From Eledone cirrhosa (Eukaryota): DNA of 64,000 nucleotides. Every line of letters starts with the position of its first letter. Position 1 is the first letter of the stretch. The notes beneath the pieces are model-generated. The model had not been told where the DNA came from and made no database searches. It saw only the letters and a list, made by a program, of their open reading frames with translations. Below are positions 27,443 through 39,413 of this stretch, in pieces. The DNA lies in NCBI GenBank assembly GCA_964016885.1, contig OZ024750.1, positions 36,332,001 to 36,396,000 of the forward strand, in the 5' to 3' direction. The position numbers and the translations under genes were made by a program.

Positions 27443-28459
27443 TTGCATCCCACCTGAGGATACTGCTGATTCTATTAAACACCTCACCTAATTAGCTCTT
27501 TCCCCCACTACTCATAGCATTCTCGACTCCCTGCCAATGAAATTTGGAATTCACTTTGATTAAATTGAAAAATTAAGAAAAAAATCTCTCAAACATTCAA
27601 CTCTGTAAAGGGAGTTTTGTGTACTAATTACATTTCAGTTGATAACTCTTAGCCCTGCCAACTGAATATGTTTTGCTAAGGAGGTTTAATAACATTGAAA
27701 CACATCTGTTGCTTTCACAAGTTAGTTATAAATACCAAATCCACTCTAATGTATATTGTTTATATTGTTAAATACTTTCAATCAACTGATCCTATTGAAG
27801 TTAACTCTCAACCCTTTACCATATTCACTATGGGTGGTGGATTGGCAGTATCGGTAGAGGGTCGGGGGTCATGCTTTGCAGCAAAGAGTTACGTCCCTTT
27901 ATGGTCTGAGTTCAAATCCCGTCGAGGTTAACTTTGCCTTTCATCCTTACGGGGTCGATAAAATAAAGTACCAGTAATGCACTGGATAATTGCTGGCCTT
28001 GTGCCAAATGTAGAAACAATTATTCTATATATACTATTGTATTTTCACAGAAAAGGCTGTATCCTCCATAATTATCTCACATAATATCGAATCTATGAGA
28101 TTTTGATATTATTTATTTTGAAAACAATACCTTAACGTCGATATAAACAGTGAGTTACGACAGGTTTGAACAGAAATAGGTGAGAGAATTCTAGCCAGAT
28201 ATGGCCAGTTTAAATGCTAAAGGGTTCAGATGTTAAACACCCTCTAGTATTTTGTCTCTTAACTAATTCTTTTCTTGTGACACTTGTGGCCATATTTGAT
28301 TACTACTCTTAGTATTTGACACTTAATTCCGTTTGTTTTGACACTATCTCCTTAAACCAAATAGTAAAAGGCATTAGTTGTTTTTAACATGACCATACAA
28401 AATATAAATTATTAAGATAATAGCATGACATTTTCATGATTCCAAACTGAATTTTCTAA

Positions 28460-29235
28460 GAGTGGCCGCCAACCTTTCAGACCTCATGGACCACTAAATT
28501 CATAATTTTAAATCCCGTGGACCACTAATATCATCATCATCATCATCACTGTTTTACGTCCGTTCTTCCACGCTAGCATGAGTTAGACGGGTTGTCCTGT
28601 TGTGGGCAGTATCTGGTTGGCTGACCTTGTCTTGCTCATACGGGAACTGACTCTGGCTTGATTTCTACAGCTGGATGCCCTCCCTAACACCAACCTCATT
28701 TACTGTGAGTGGTGGGTGCTTTTTTGCCGTGGCACCTACACATCCACTTTACAGTGTGGGCTGGGTGCTTTTTTGCTGTGGCACCTCCACGACCACTTTG
28801 CAGTGGAATGATAGGGACCCCAGTCCATATCATCTCATTTCTACAGCTGAGTAAACTGGAGCAATGTGAAATAAAGTGTCTTGCTCAAGGAAACAATACA
28901 TCACCCTGTCTGAGAATTGAACTCACAACCTTTCGATTGCAAGGCCAATGCTCTAACCACCCAGCCCACACTGTAAAGTGGACGTGTAGGCGCCACAGAA
29001 GAAAAGCACCCAGCACTCACTGTAAATGAGGTTGGTGTTAGGAAGGGCATCCAGCTGTAGAAATCAAGCCAGAATCAGTTCCCATCGTACCCTTGCAAGC
29101 AGGGAAAAGCAGACGTAAAATGATGATGATGATGATGAAAACATAAAAATTGTAAATAATGTCCACATTTTTCTGCAGACCTCCAAAATCTCTGACCAGC
29201 AGTGGTCCGTTTACCAACAGTTTGCGACCACTGTT
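28460..29235. mobile_element. hAT-like MITE split by back-to-back SINE A copies (about 28530-28960 minus, 28961-29137 plus)
   Basis: The ends resemble CAGTGGTC.C.AAC TIRs. The SINE pieces between them are in opposite orientation. Confidence 0.5.
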
Positions 29236-29771
29236 CTAAAGGATATTGCTTGGATAATTGCAGAACATCAATTTTTTTTTTTTTTACTTCCCTATATAAC
29301 ATATTTGAAACTCAACCTCATTCTTTATCATTTTCCAAATTTATTGAAACACATAATAGCATTGGCCTTAGCATGGCCAGAGCCCATAGGCTGCAACAAG
29401 TAAAGAAATAAATTATATTTTAAAGAGATGTAATTTGATATAAATTGAAGCCTGAATTCAGTTTCATTAGCAATATAATCATGAAAGGGTTAATTAGACT
29501 AGTGAATTGTGTTTGGTTCCTTATACTTTTATTCATCCTTACTTAGATCATGAAAATAGTCTAAAATGTTTTGAAGAGTAATTTTCAGTATGAAAATAAT
29601 TAAATAATTAAAAAAAACATATTTTTTACTAACTATAAATGTCACTTCCTGAATCCTGCATCAGATTTGAATTGTTAAAAAATAAATGACTTGACTATTA
29701 ATTGCTTAATCTGGAAAACTGTGTATTCACGTGCACATACACACATAGATACATAGATACACACACACACA

Positions 29772-30077
29772 CTTGGGCAGGGAGGGGTATGGGAGACGGA
29801 ATTATGTTGGTCATCCATGTCTGAAATAAAGAGGGGTCCTTGCATTCTCGTCCTGCAGCGCGAGGTGAATTTATCTTTATCTGTGACATTGTCATTGAGT
29901 GTTCAGACTTTCCAAATTCCGCGGTCCACTTAGCAAACCGAAAAGCAATCAGGTCTAAACTTTAAGAGTAATAGCCGAGATGGTGGCTTTGCTATAGAGA
30001 TTGGTAAGAGAACTTACTATAAACAGCTGAGTTATGATTGGACCAAATAGCAATGGTGGCATGTGGGAGGGCGGGAA
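29772..30077 (-). mobile_element. Diverged RTE 5' end (5' UTR and short upstream ORF)
   Basis: MTMSQIKINSPRAAGRECKDPSLF aligns with ATMPKIKTNSPLGRECEHSSLF of ORF 58822. Both share CACCATTGCTA..GG.CCAATCATAA. Confidence 0.75.
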
Positions 30078-30739
30078 ATGTGTATCTTTAGGATAAGGTT
30101 AGTTATTAGCAAAGGTCCAACAGAATGAGGCATATTAACTTTCTTTCATCCTTACGGAGTCAATAAAATAATGTACCAGTAATGCACTGGGTCATTGCTG
30201 GCCTTGTGCCAAAAGTAGAAACAATTATTAAAAACATGTGAAATATTAATTAAATTCCGAGAGAAAAAGAGAGATTAGATTCTAAACAGACATAAATAAC
30301 AGTTTAAATGACACTGGTTAAATGGACTACAAAAAATGGAAAGACAGACAAAAGTGTTTTGCTTACATTCTCAAATCGACAAATAGGCCGTTAAGAGAGA
30401 TTAGATAGATAAATTTTCTGGCCTTAGAACCCTACAGGGTTTATTTTATACTTGCAGAGAGAATGGGGGGGGGGGGGGCTGAGAAGGTGCAAGCGTATAG
30501 ACAATGAGATGAAGCCAGGAGAGGAAGATTCTAGAATAATGATAATAACAATGGAGTAACTTTAGGATAAGGTTAGTTTTTAGAAAGGGTCCAACAGAAT
30601 GAGGCATATTATTAAAAACATGTGAAATATTAATTGAAAATCCGAGAGATTAGATTCTAAATGGACATAAATAACAGTTTAAATGACACTGGTCAAATGG
30701 ACTACGAAAAATGGAAAGACAGACAAAAGTGTTTATATA

Positions 30740-31328
30740 TGTTCTGAGGTCATAGTATCTAGAATAAGGACGGGCTGGAAGAAGTTTAGGGAGGTGCTTC
30801 CTCTGCTGATGAAGAAGGGTTTCTCCCTGCGTACGAAAGGCCGGTTGTATGATGCCTGTGAGGAGCGCAATGCTGCATGGTAGTGAGACATGGGCAGCAA
30901 CTGCAGAGGATATGCGATGGCTGGAGAGAAATGAGGCAAGCATGCTGCGTTGGATGTGCAATGTCAATGTGCGTGAACGAACGAGCATGAATGTGTTGAG
31001 AGAGAAACTGTGTCTGAGAGGGATAGAATGTAGTGTGCAAGAGAGGAGACTGAGGTGGTATGGACATGTGATGCGCATGTGGACATGTGGTGCGCATGGA
31101 GGATGACCGATGGGTGAAGATGTGCCAGGAAATGCCAGTTGAAGGAAGACGTGGTAGAGGTAGACCACAAAAAACATGGGCGGAGGTGGTGAGAACAGAC
31201 CTCAGATCGCTGAAGCTCACGGTGGAGATGACGAAGGACCGTGACAAGTGGCGAGATGCTGTGCTGAATAAGACCCGTTCCACCCTTGCAAGCAGGGAGA
31301 TACAGACGTAAAATGATGATGATGATGA
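30740..31328 (+). mobile_element. RTE LINE 3' fragment, second subfamily
   Basis: RIRTGWKKFRE...[10 protein letters not shown]...RRLRWYGHV...GRGRPQKTW. The tail CCACCCTTGCAAGCAGGGA...ACGTAAAATGATGAT matches the end of SINE A. Confidence 0.9.
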
Positions 31329-33694
31329 TATATATATGTGCTAACACACACACACACATATATATATTATACACATACCAGTCCAGTCTGAGTATTTCCG
31401 TTACATCTTAAAGTGACTAAAACAAGAATTAAATCTATAATTGTTCCTAGTTTGTATGTATATTTACATTTTTATACCTAATAATTTTCGAAGATATGTA
31501 ATTAATAAAGGTTGAAGGCTATATGAATTTAAAATATTAGAAAGAAAGTAATGTTATTTAGTTTATAGCAGTAATAAATACTACACGCATAATGTTATGG
31601 ATAATTAAAGCCTATTTATTGAGTAAAGAAGAATTTTTATCAACTATCAACTAAAATATGTGATTATGTCTGATAATGTCCATAAATATAAGTGAGATGA
31701 ATTCATGGAAAAACTCTTGGCTTCTATCCAGATGATTCTTTGAATATAATATTTCCATGGTTATAACATCAATGATGTTTTTTCCATGGATAATTTTTTA
31801 ACAGAAAACCAAACAAAATAACTAATTAGTGTGATATAAAAATTGAAAGGTTCTCTTTATGATTTAAGATAACTACTTCAGCAGATCTAAGAACAAAATC
31901 GAAGACAGTGGTTAGCATATTTTAATAATTATTTCTACTTTTGGCACAAGGCCAGCAATTATCCCAGTACATTACTGGTTCTTTATTTCATCGCGTCAAA
32001 GCATTGCGTTCAACCCTCTACCGATACTGCCAATCCACCACCCTTTAGCATATTTTAATAATGAGTTTAATCAACATTCCGAACTAAAAGCATTGTAGTT
32101 TTCTTCTTCTTTGCCCACTTATTCCTGAGAGGGTCGTGGGGGAAAGAGTCCTCAAACACTCCCCCTAGTGGGTCCTGTCAGAAGCAACCATCTCCAACTG
32201 ATCCTGCTGGATCCCCAAACAAGACCAGCCAAGCTCATGGATGTTATCCAACCAACTTGCTTGGGATCTACCCTTGGGTCTCCTACTGGTTGTTTTCGCC
32301 CGTAAAATCTGTCCAGCGATTCTTTCCTGAGACATTCTAACCACATGCTCATAATATGGGAGCTGTGGTATCTCAATTCATTTGATATGTCAGTTGATTT
32401 AAATATTACTTCACATATTAAATATTACCCAGCCTAACCCATTAACCCTTCACCCATGTCCCTAGATCTACATCCCCAATCCAAACCCAAGTCCCCAGCC
32501 TACTCTGTAGAGTGGTTATGTAGGTGTCACGAAAAAAGCACCCAGCCCACACTGTAAAGTGGTCGTGTAGAAACCAAGGTAGAACCAGTTCTGTATGAGC
32601 AAGGCATGGTCACAAGATCTGACTTCTCACAACAGGACAACTCTTTTAACGCGTGCTAACAGGGAAAAAATTGGGCAATAAAAAGTAATGATGATGGTGA
32701 TTATGATATTGATTCATATATTATTATCATCATTAATGCCAATTTTACAATATAATGAATCTTTCTATTCTGTATGAAACAAATTAATTATTAGATGGCT
32801 GATGGTGACAAGGAAGGATTCTTAATCTATCTCTGTATCTTAAAATAAATAGCTTGATAAGAAGTTTCAGTTATTCAATATAAGATCTAAAGTTTCAACA
32901 CAAATATCCATATTCATCAGAAGTAACAATGGTTCCTCTAAGCATGATATTCTCATGTTGAATTTATAATTCTATTAGCAGCATTAATTGTGTCCTTCAG
33001 CTAGCAGAATTCAACAATTCATTATATAACCTGGTTTGTCAAAACATCTCTTACATTTGAAAATTTAAATTATTTGAATTATTTGTTAGCTTGTCTACAA
33101 TAAGATACACTAATTGTATAATAATTAATTACAGTTTAAATAGTTGTTGCTTCCTAGCTAGCATTTGTTCTCTAAACAAAATACTCGTTAATTTTATTTC
33201 CAAATACTTTATCATCATTTGCAGCATAGAGTTCAAATCCCGCCGAGGTTAGCTTTGCCTTTCATCCTTACAGAGTCTATAAAATAAAGTACCAGTAATG
33301 CACTGGGATAATAGCTGGCCTAGTGCCAAAAGTAAAAACAATTATTATTATTATATGAAAAAACTCCACTTTATTCTGCTGACAATGATAGAAAGTGTCA
33401 GCTGTTCTCAACCAACAGACATTTGTTTATGATTCAAAAACCCTGTGGAGGACTCTTTCAGTTCTAAGTAATGATGATTTTTGTCAGTGCTCTATCTTTA
33501 CATTCCTTCCAATTTTTTCAAGTCATGTTGGTATTAGGGCCCTGTACATTCTGAGTTCAATCCCGCTGATGTTAACTTTACCTTTCATCCTTAAAATAAA
33601 GCACCAGTAATGCACTGGAATCGATTTAATCGACTTTCCTCTCTCCCCAAATTGCTGGCCTTGTACCTATAATGAAGAAATCATTATTATTACA

Positions 33695-34137
33695 ACTAGC
33701 ATAAAAACCACCCTTGGGTGGTTTTCTGCTAGCATGTGTAGTGTGTATATTGATATTATACGCAAGTATATATACATGTGGATATGATACATCAAATAAA
33801 ATCGTAATTGACAATATACACAGAAATTGAACGAAGACTGTGTTACCCTCTCTTATGTAATCAGTAACGTAATCCATGATACATTAAAAAAAGATGATTA
33901 GTGACAGAAAATTAATATGTTTATTTAAGCGATCGCCACCGAAAGTGTTGACATTTGAAAATTTAAAAAAAGTGAATCTTTAAATAAATATTTAATGAAC
34001 AGTCACGAAATTTAGTAGATAAATTATGTAATATTCATTCATTATTTATTCAAAGTAATCCAACTTATTTTACTAATGGGATAAAAAATTATAAACCGTA
34101 CGCAGTCCTGCACTTCTTACTTTATTATAGTTTAGAT
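33695..34137 (+). mobile_element. Helitron/Helentron-like non-autonomous element
   Basis: Near-copy of 15284-16077, with 5' hairpin AAAACCACCC-TT-GGGTGGTTTT and 3' end TTATAGTTTAGAT. Confidence 0.6.
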
Positions 34138-34711
34138 ATTTTGATGGTTTACACAGTAAGTATTGTAATTACTGTCAAGTGTCAACACCGACCATAGACA
34201 GTACTTTATGGGTATATGTGCAGTCTTTTGAAGGAGAGTAAATTATAAATCATCATCTATTTGCTTCATGTCTTTGCGAACAGAAAAAATAGCATTTAAA
34301 CCGGCTGTATCCGGCTAGAATTCTCTCACCTCTTTCTCTTCAAACCAGCCATAACCGGTTACTTATACTTATGTTAAGGTATTGTTCTCAAAATAAATAA
34401 TATCAAAATCTCATAGATTTGATACTATGTGATTTGATATTATGTGAGATACAGTAGTATATATAGAGTAGTATATAAATGCTAAAAGGTTAAATGCCAT
34501 ACCAGTCAAATACGTGGGTAAATTTGACTGGGGCTGTCTACCAGGCTACTCAAACATTGGCACATTTGAGAATCTTGAGTTGATATAATTGTTTTTTGCT
34601 CTATTGAACCAACAATTAATAAACCCCAGACTTTACCATGAAAATATAATTGTTTCTACTTTAGGCACAAGGCCAGCAATTAACCAGTGCAATGGAGGCA
34701 TATGGCTAATG

Positions 34712-35032
34712 GAGGCATATGGCTCAGTGGTTAGAGCATTGGCCGTGCAATCGAAAGGTTGTGAGTTCAATTCTCAGATCGGGTGATGTGTTGTTTCCTT
34801 GAGCAAGACACTTTATTTCACATTGCTCCAGTTTACTCAGCTGTAGAAATGAGACGATAGGGACTGTGGTCCCTATCATTCCACTGCAAAGTGGACGTGT
34901 AGGCGCCATGGCAAAAAAGCACCCAGCACTCACTGTAAATGAGGTTGGTGTTAGGAAGGGCATCCAGCTGTAGAAATCAAGCCAGAACCAGTTCCCGTCC
35001 CACCCTTGCAAGCAGGGAAAAGCGGATGTAAA

Positions 35033-35063
<31 letters not shown>
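34712..35063 (+). mobile_element. SINE family A inserted inside a minus-strand SINE B
   Basis: The SINE B halves at 34648-34691 and 35064-35170 rejoin as CCAGTGCA|TTACTGGTAC. Confidence 0.85.
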
Positions 35064-35065
<2 letters not shown>

Positions 35066-35229
35066 ACTGGTACTTTATTTTATCGACCCCGTAAGGATGA
35101 AAGGCAAAGTAAACCTCGGCGGGATTTGAACTCAGACCGTAAAGGGACGTAACTATGCTGGAAAGCATGAAAATATAATAATATATATAGAGTAATGTAA
35201 ATGCCAAGGGTTAAATGACTGGTCTTCAC

Positions 35230-35720
35230 AGTTTTGGTGGTATTGAACCTAAAGCCCCTAAGGCGACTAGAATTATCGTTGTTGTTGTTTTAACCACATT
35301 GATGCAATTTTGATCTTCAAGTTAATGTATTTTGTTAATTTTTCAATTCCTCTCAAGGTTATATTGTGGTCTTTTGGAATGGTAACATCAATAATCTGGT
35401 ATTCACACCTGTTTCTGAGTATAACTACAATATCAGATCTGCTGTGTTCAAGTTTGCAGTATGTTTAGATAGTGAAGTCCCAGAGTAACTTATGTTTGTC
35501 TCTGTTATCAAGGACACATTTTCAAACATTCTGGTATCAATTATCAGACACCTGATATCCATATTTTTGCATATTGATCAGTGAAGGTACATACTGATTT
35601 CGACATGTCTTCTTTTACACTCTGTTTGAGCTAGTATGTAGGTGACACTTTCTGTAAAAAATCCAAACTGACAGTATTTCACACCTTTTACCAAGATGAA
35701 ATATCCTTTTGATCTCCAAC
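35230..35720 (-). pseudogene. R4/Dong-like non-LTR element, restriction-like endonuclease remnant
   Basis: Manual translation gives KLLWDFTI*TYCKLEHSRSDIVVILRNRCEYQIIDVTIPKDHNITLRGIEKLTKYINLKIKIASMW. This matches the WDF..RPDIVV..IIDV.IP..EK..KY RLE pattern. Confidence 0.75.
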
Positions 35721-35755
35721 TTAGTACTCACAGCTTGGTTTTGGGCTGGTCAATA

Positions 35756-36060
35756 ACACTGGTCAATAAAATTTTGCTTTTTTTTCTGACCAAAGTTTAA
35801 GATTTGTTCTTGAGTAATTTGGGACTGCTGAGTTTTAAAAAGGCAATACTTTTTTTTCTATCACGTTAAGTTTTCACTTGGCGAACAAGGAGGGTATACA
35901 AAATATCTGTGTTTCCTGTGTTTATGGGATAGCTGAGCGAAAGACAAACATGAAAACCTGATGTCTTGGTAAAAAAATGGATGCCATATTTGAAATCAGC
36001 ACCTCAAAATTAGCTAAAAACAACAAAACCTAAGTCAGCAAAAACTGTGTTGACCAGTGT
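35756..36060. mobile_element. Small MITE with ACACTGGTCAA terminal inverted repeats
   Basis: ACACTGGTCAA ... TTGACCAGTGT, about 305 bp apart. Confidence 0.6.
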
Positions 36061-37218
36061 AATACTTCAGTCTCCCTTTTTAGATCACTATAGGAGAGCC
36101 AATCCCAAGACATTTTAGTCTTTAATTCAAAGGTTTCCCCATGCAATTACTTTTCAATTACTGTTTCACCTCCACAGTAACTCATCTTTTAAACTCTTCT
36201 TTACTTTCCATTTCCCCCTTCCAGGGCCATTACTTCTGAGGAATACAGAAGACGTCTTTCATTACCATTTATCAGGTGGTAATAGGTGATGTTGCATTCT
36301 CAGACAGATTTCTTTATTGCCTTTACTCTCTATTTCCACCCGCTTTCCAGAGCCATTACTTCTGAGACATACAATCAAAGTCTTTCCTTATTATTTATCA
36401 GGTGATAATTAAAGGCCTGCCTATCATTCTTAATAGGTTCTGTAACACTTATCAACCCTCCTCCCCCACCAGTGTATTTCCAACAGTGTACGGCCATTTC
36501 ACACTTACTGAAATTGAGGTTGAGGCAGTCAGGTAGGCTGAGTAGAAAAGAAAGAAAAAATAAATTAAATAAAAAACAGCTCTGTCAGAAATCATCAACA
36601 ACCATACTAACCAATGTGAATCCATGAAATACAATGTCTTCAGAACCAGCAACACTGGGTTGCTTAACAAAGTGTATGAATTGGAGGAGGAAAACCCATG
36701 CAATATTGGATGAACTGGCTTAGAAATAAAGGGTTGTTTTTATTACTTCTGATAATTATGCTTTATATACATAACTATAAACACACATATATCATGATCA
36801 TTGTTTAATGTCCACTTTCCACACTAGCATGTGTTAGACGGGTTGTCTCATTTGAGGCCATGTCCTACTCATATAGAATTATTTCTGGCTAGGTTTCTAC
36901 GATTAGATACCCTTCATAACGACAACCACATTTCCAGTTTGTGCTGGTTGCTTTTTGTCATGACACCTACATGACCACTTTACAGTCTGGTTTGGGTGGT
37001 TTTTGTCATGACACCTACATGACCACTTTACAGTGTGGTTTGGGTGCTTTTTGTCATGACACCTACATGACCACTTTACAGTATATATATATATATATAT
37101 ATATATATAACCCATACTAGCGTGGAAGATGGACGTTAAACGATGATGATGATGATGATATATATATATATATATATATAATATATAAGATCAAAAGATG
37201 GTTAAAGGAGTTCCATGT

Positions 37219-37287
37219 ATTTTATTATGCGCATTTCAAAAACAAACATCATCATGCAATAATATTTGTGTTTTCATCAGATAAAAC
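37219..37287 (-). ncRNA. Minimal type I hammerhead ribozyme (left arm)
   Basis: Reverse complement of 37408-37476. Confidence 0.85.
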
Positions 37288-37407
37288 AGGAGAACATGAT
37301 ATGAAGGCTAAAAGACACTTGTGGATAGTGCAGTTTTAAATCAACATATGTTGATTTAAAACTGCACTATCCACAAGTGTTTTTTAGCCTTCATATCATG
37401 TTCTCCT

Positions 37408-37476
37408 GTTTTATCTGATGAAAACACAAATATTATTGCATGATGATGTTTGTTTTTGAAATGCGCATAATAAAAT
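37408..37476 (+). ncRNA. Minimal type I hammerhead ribozyme (right arm)
   Basis: GTTTTAT-CTGATGA-AAACACAAATATTAT..ATGATGTTTGTTTTT-GAAA-TGCGCA-TA-ATAAAAT. Stem III is palindromic. Confidence 0.85.
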
Positions 37477-38174
37477 ACATGGAACTCCTTTAACCATCTT
37501 TTGATCTTATATATTATGTATACTCCAGTCCTACAAACTGTAGAGTGCTTCTTATCCGATATCTGCATTGCTTTATTGTACTACAATAAAACTCACCTCC
37601 TACATATATATATATATATATATATACATAGAGAGAGAGAGAGTTACAGATTTGAAGATGCACCTAATATTTTTATCATATATATACACACAAATTTACA
37701 GTACACAATAAAAATAAGTTCATACAAAATAAATTGTATTAAAAAATATATATATAGGTGAGTTTTCAGAAATAACAATTTGTTATGTAATTTGTTTTCA
37801 AAGTAGCCTGTTTTGCCGCAATGTTTAAATTTCATGTTCAAGGTTACATTTGTGTTCGTGTTCAGTATAATGGAGGGTGAGTACAGTTTGTTTGGTTGGT
37901 TTAACCCTTTAGCATTTACATTACTCTATATATATTATTATATTTTCACGGTAAACACTTTATCTCACATAATTATCTCACATAATATAGAATCTGAGAT
38001 TTTGATATCTATTTTGAGAAGAATATCTTGACAAAAGTATGAGTGGCCAGTTACAGCTGGTTTGAAAAGAAAGAGGTTAGAGAATTCTAGCCGGATATGG
38101 TCTTTTTAAATGCTAAAGGGTTAAGGTATTTGCTACGGCTTAGTAGACTGATTGGAGAAATAACGGTCTTATTT

Positions 38175-38352
<178 letters not shown>

Positions 38353-38706
38353 GGAATAATTGTCTTATGTTGTTTATTACATAATTATATATATATATTT
38401 ATCAGTATTGAGTACTTTTCTCATATCTGTTAATAATACACAGATACACACACACACACACTCACATATATATATATATATATGAATAAGTGTGTAAGTG
38501 TGGAATCAGATGTAACAAGCAGTAGAGAAGATTGGGCTGGTAAGGACATATGATGTGTATGGATAATGATCGTTGGGTAAAGAAGTGGCAAAAGATCCCA
38601 GTGGAAGGAAGTTGCAGTAGAGGACTGCAGTGAACAGAGGGATGTTGTGCTGGAAAAGATCTATCCAGCCCTGCAAGCATGGAAAAGTGAATGTAAAAGA
38701 TGATGG

Positions 38707-38756
<50 letters not shown>

Positions 38757-38829
38757 GAAAATTAGAGTTAAAACTCCAATTGAAACCCTGTAACTATTAA
38801 GCTCCAAGTATAAAATACTGAGTCGATTA

Positions 38830-39307
38830 ATAATATATATGCAGTAAGAAACACAGTATACCGTGTGTCTAATATTACAAGGGTTGAAAAACCACATTTG
38901 TTTGAAATATTTAACCAAGAAGCAGACAGAATGATAAAATAAAAATATATTATTATACAAACCGCCTCAATAACTATTATATCTCTCAGACAGATTATCC
39001 CTAATCTGTTTCGCCCTGAGTGTGTTTGTAACAGATAATCCTTAGGCATCATCAGCGAGAGAATCAGATTAAATGCAACAAACACTATGTACCAACGTTC
39101 ACACAGAAAGATGAAATTTATCACCTCGTGCGCCGCTAGTCAAACGTGATAAGCGTGTATTGAATAGAAACAACAGTCCAACACACACAACTTAATAAGC
39201 TCGACTTCTGTCTGCTTCTTGGTTAAATATTTCAAACAAATGTGGTTTTTTAACCCTTGTAATATTAGACACACGGTTTACTGTGTTTCTTACTGCATAT
39301 ATATTAT
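38830..39307. repeat. PLE pLTR (minus strand) with an inverted copy of its terminal 100 bp
   Basis: The arms 38830-38931 and 39206-39307 are reverse complements with few mismatches. The spacer holds a hammerhead. Confidence 0.85.
38982..39062 (-). ncRNA. Type I hammerhead ribozyme with full stem III
   Basis: TCTCTCG-CTGATGA-[imperfect stem II]-GAAA-CAGATTA-GGGA-TAATCTG-TC-TGAGAGA. The cleavage site is GUC. Confidence 0.85.
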
Positions 39308-39413
39308 ATATATATATATATATATATGCATCTTTTAACTTGAATTATTAATGCTCTGAGCGAAGGTTCTTTGAGCTTATTTATTGAGAAATGTTGTCAT
39401 CATACATATTAAA

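Larger units (their letters stand above)
37178..37517. repeat. Spacerless 340-bp palindrome of two PLE pLTR ends
   Basis: The centre CAT|ATG lies at 37347/37348. The 170-bp arms have one visible mismatch. Confidence 0.95.

Noticed and set aside
32865-32928. Minus-strand CTGATGA...GAAAC motif
   Set aside because: Stem II is mostly G-U pairs and stem III is unpaired, which is compatible with chance in AT-rich DNA.
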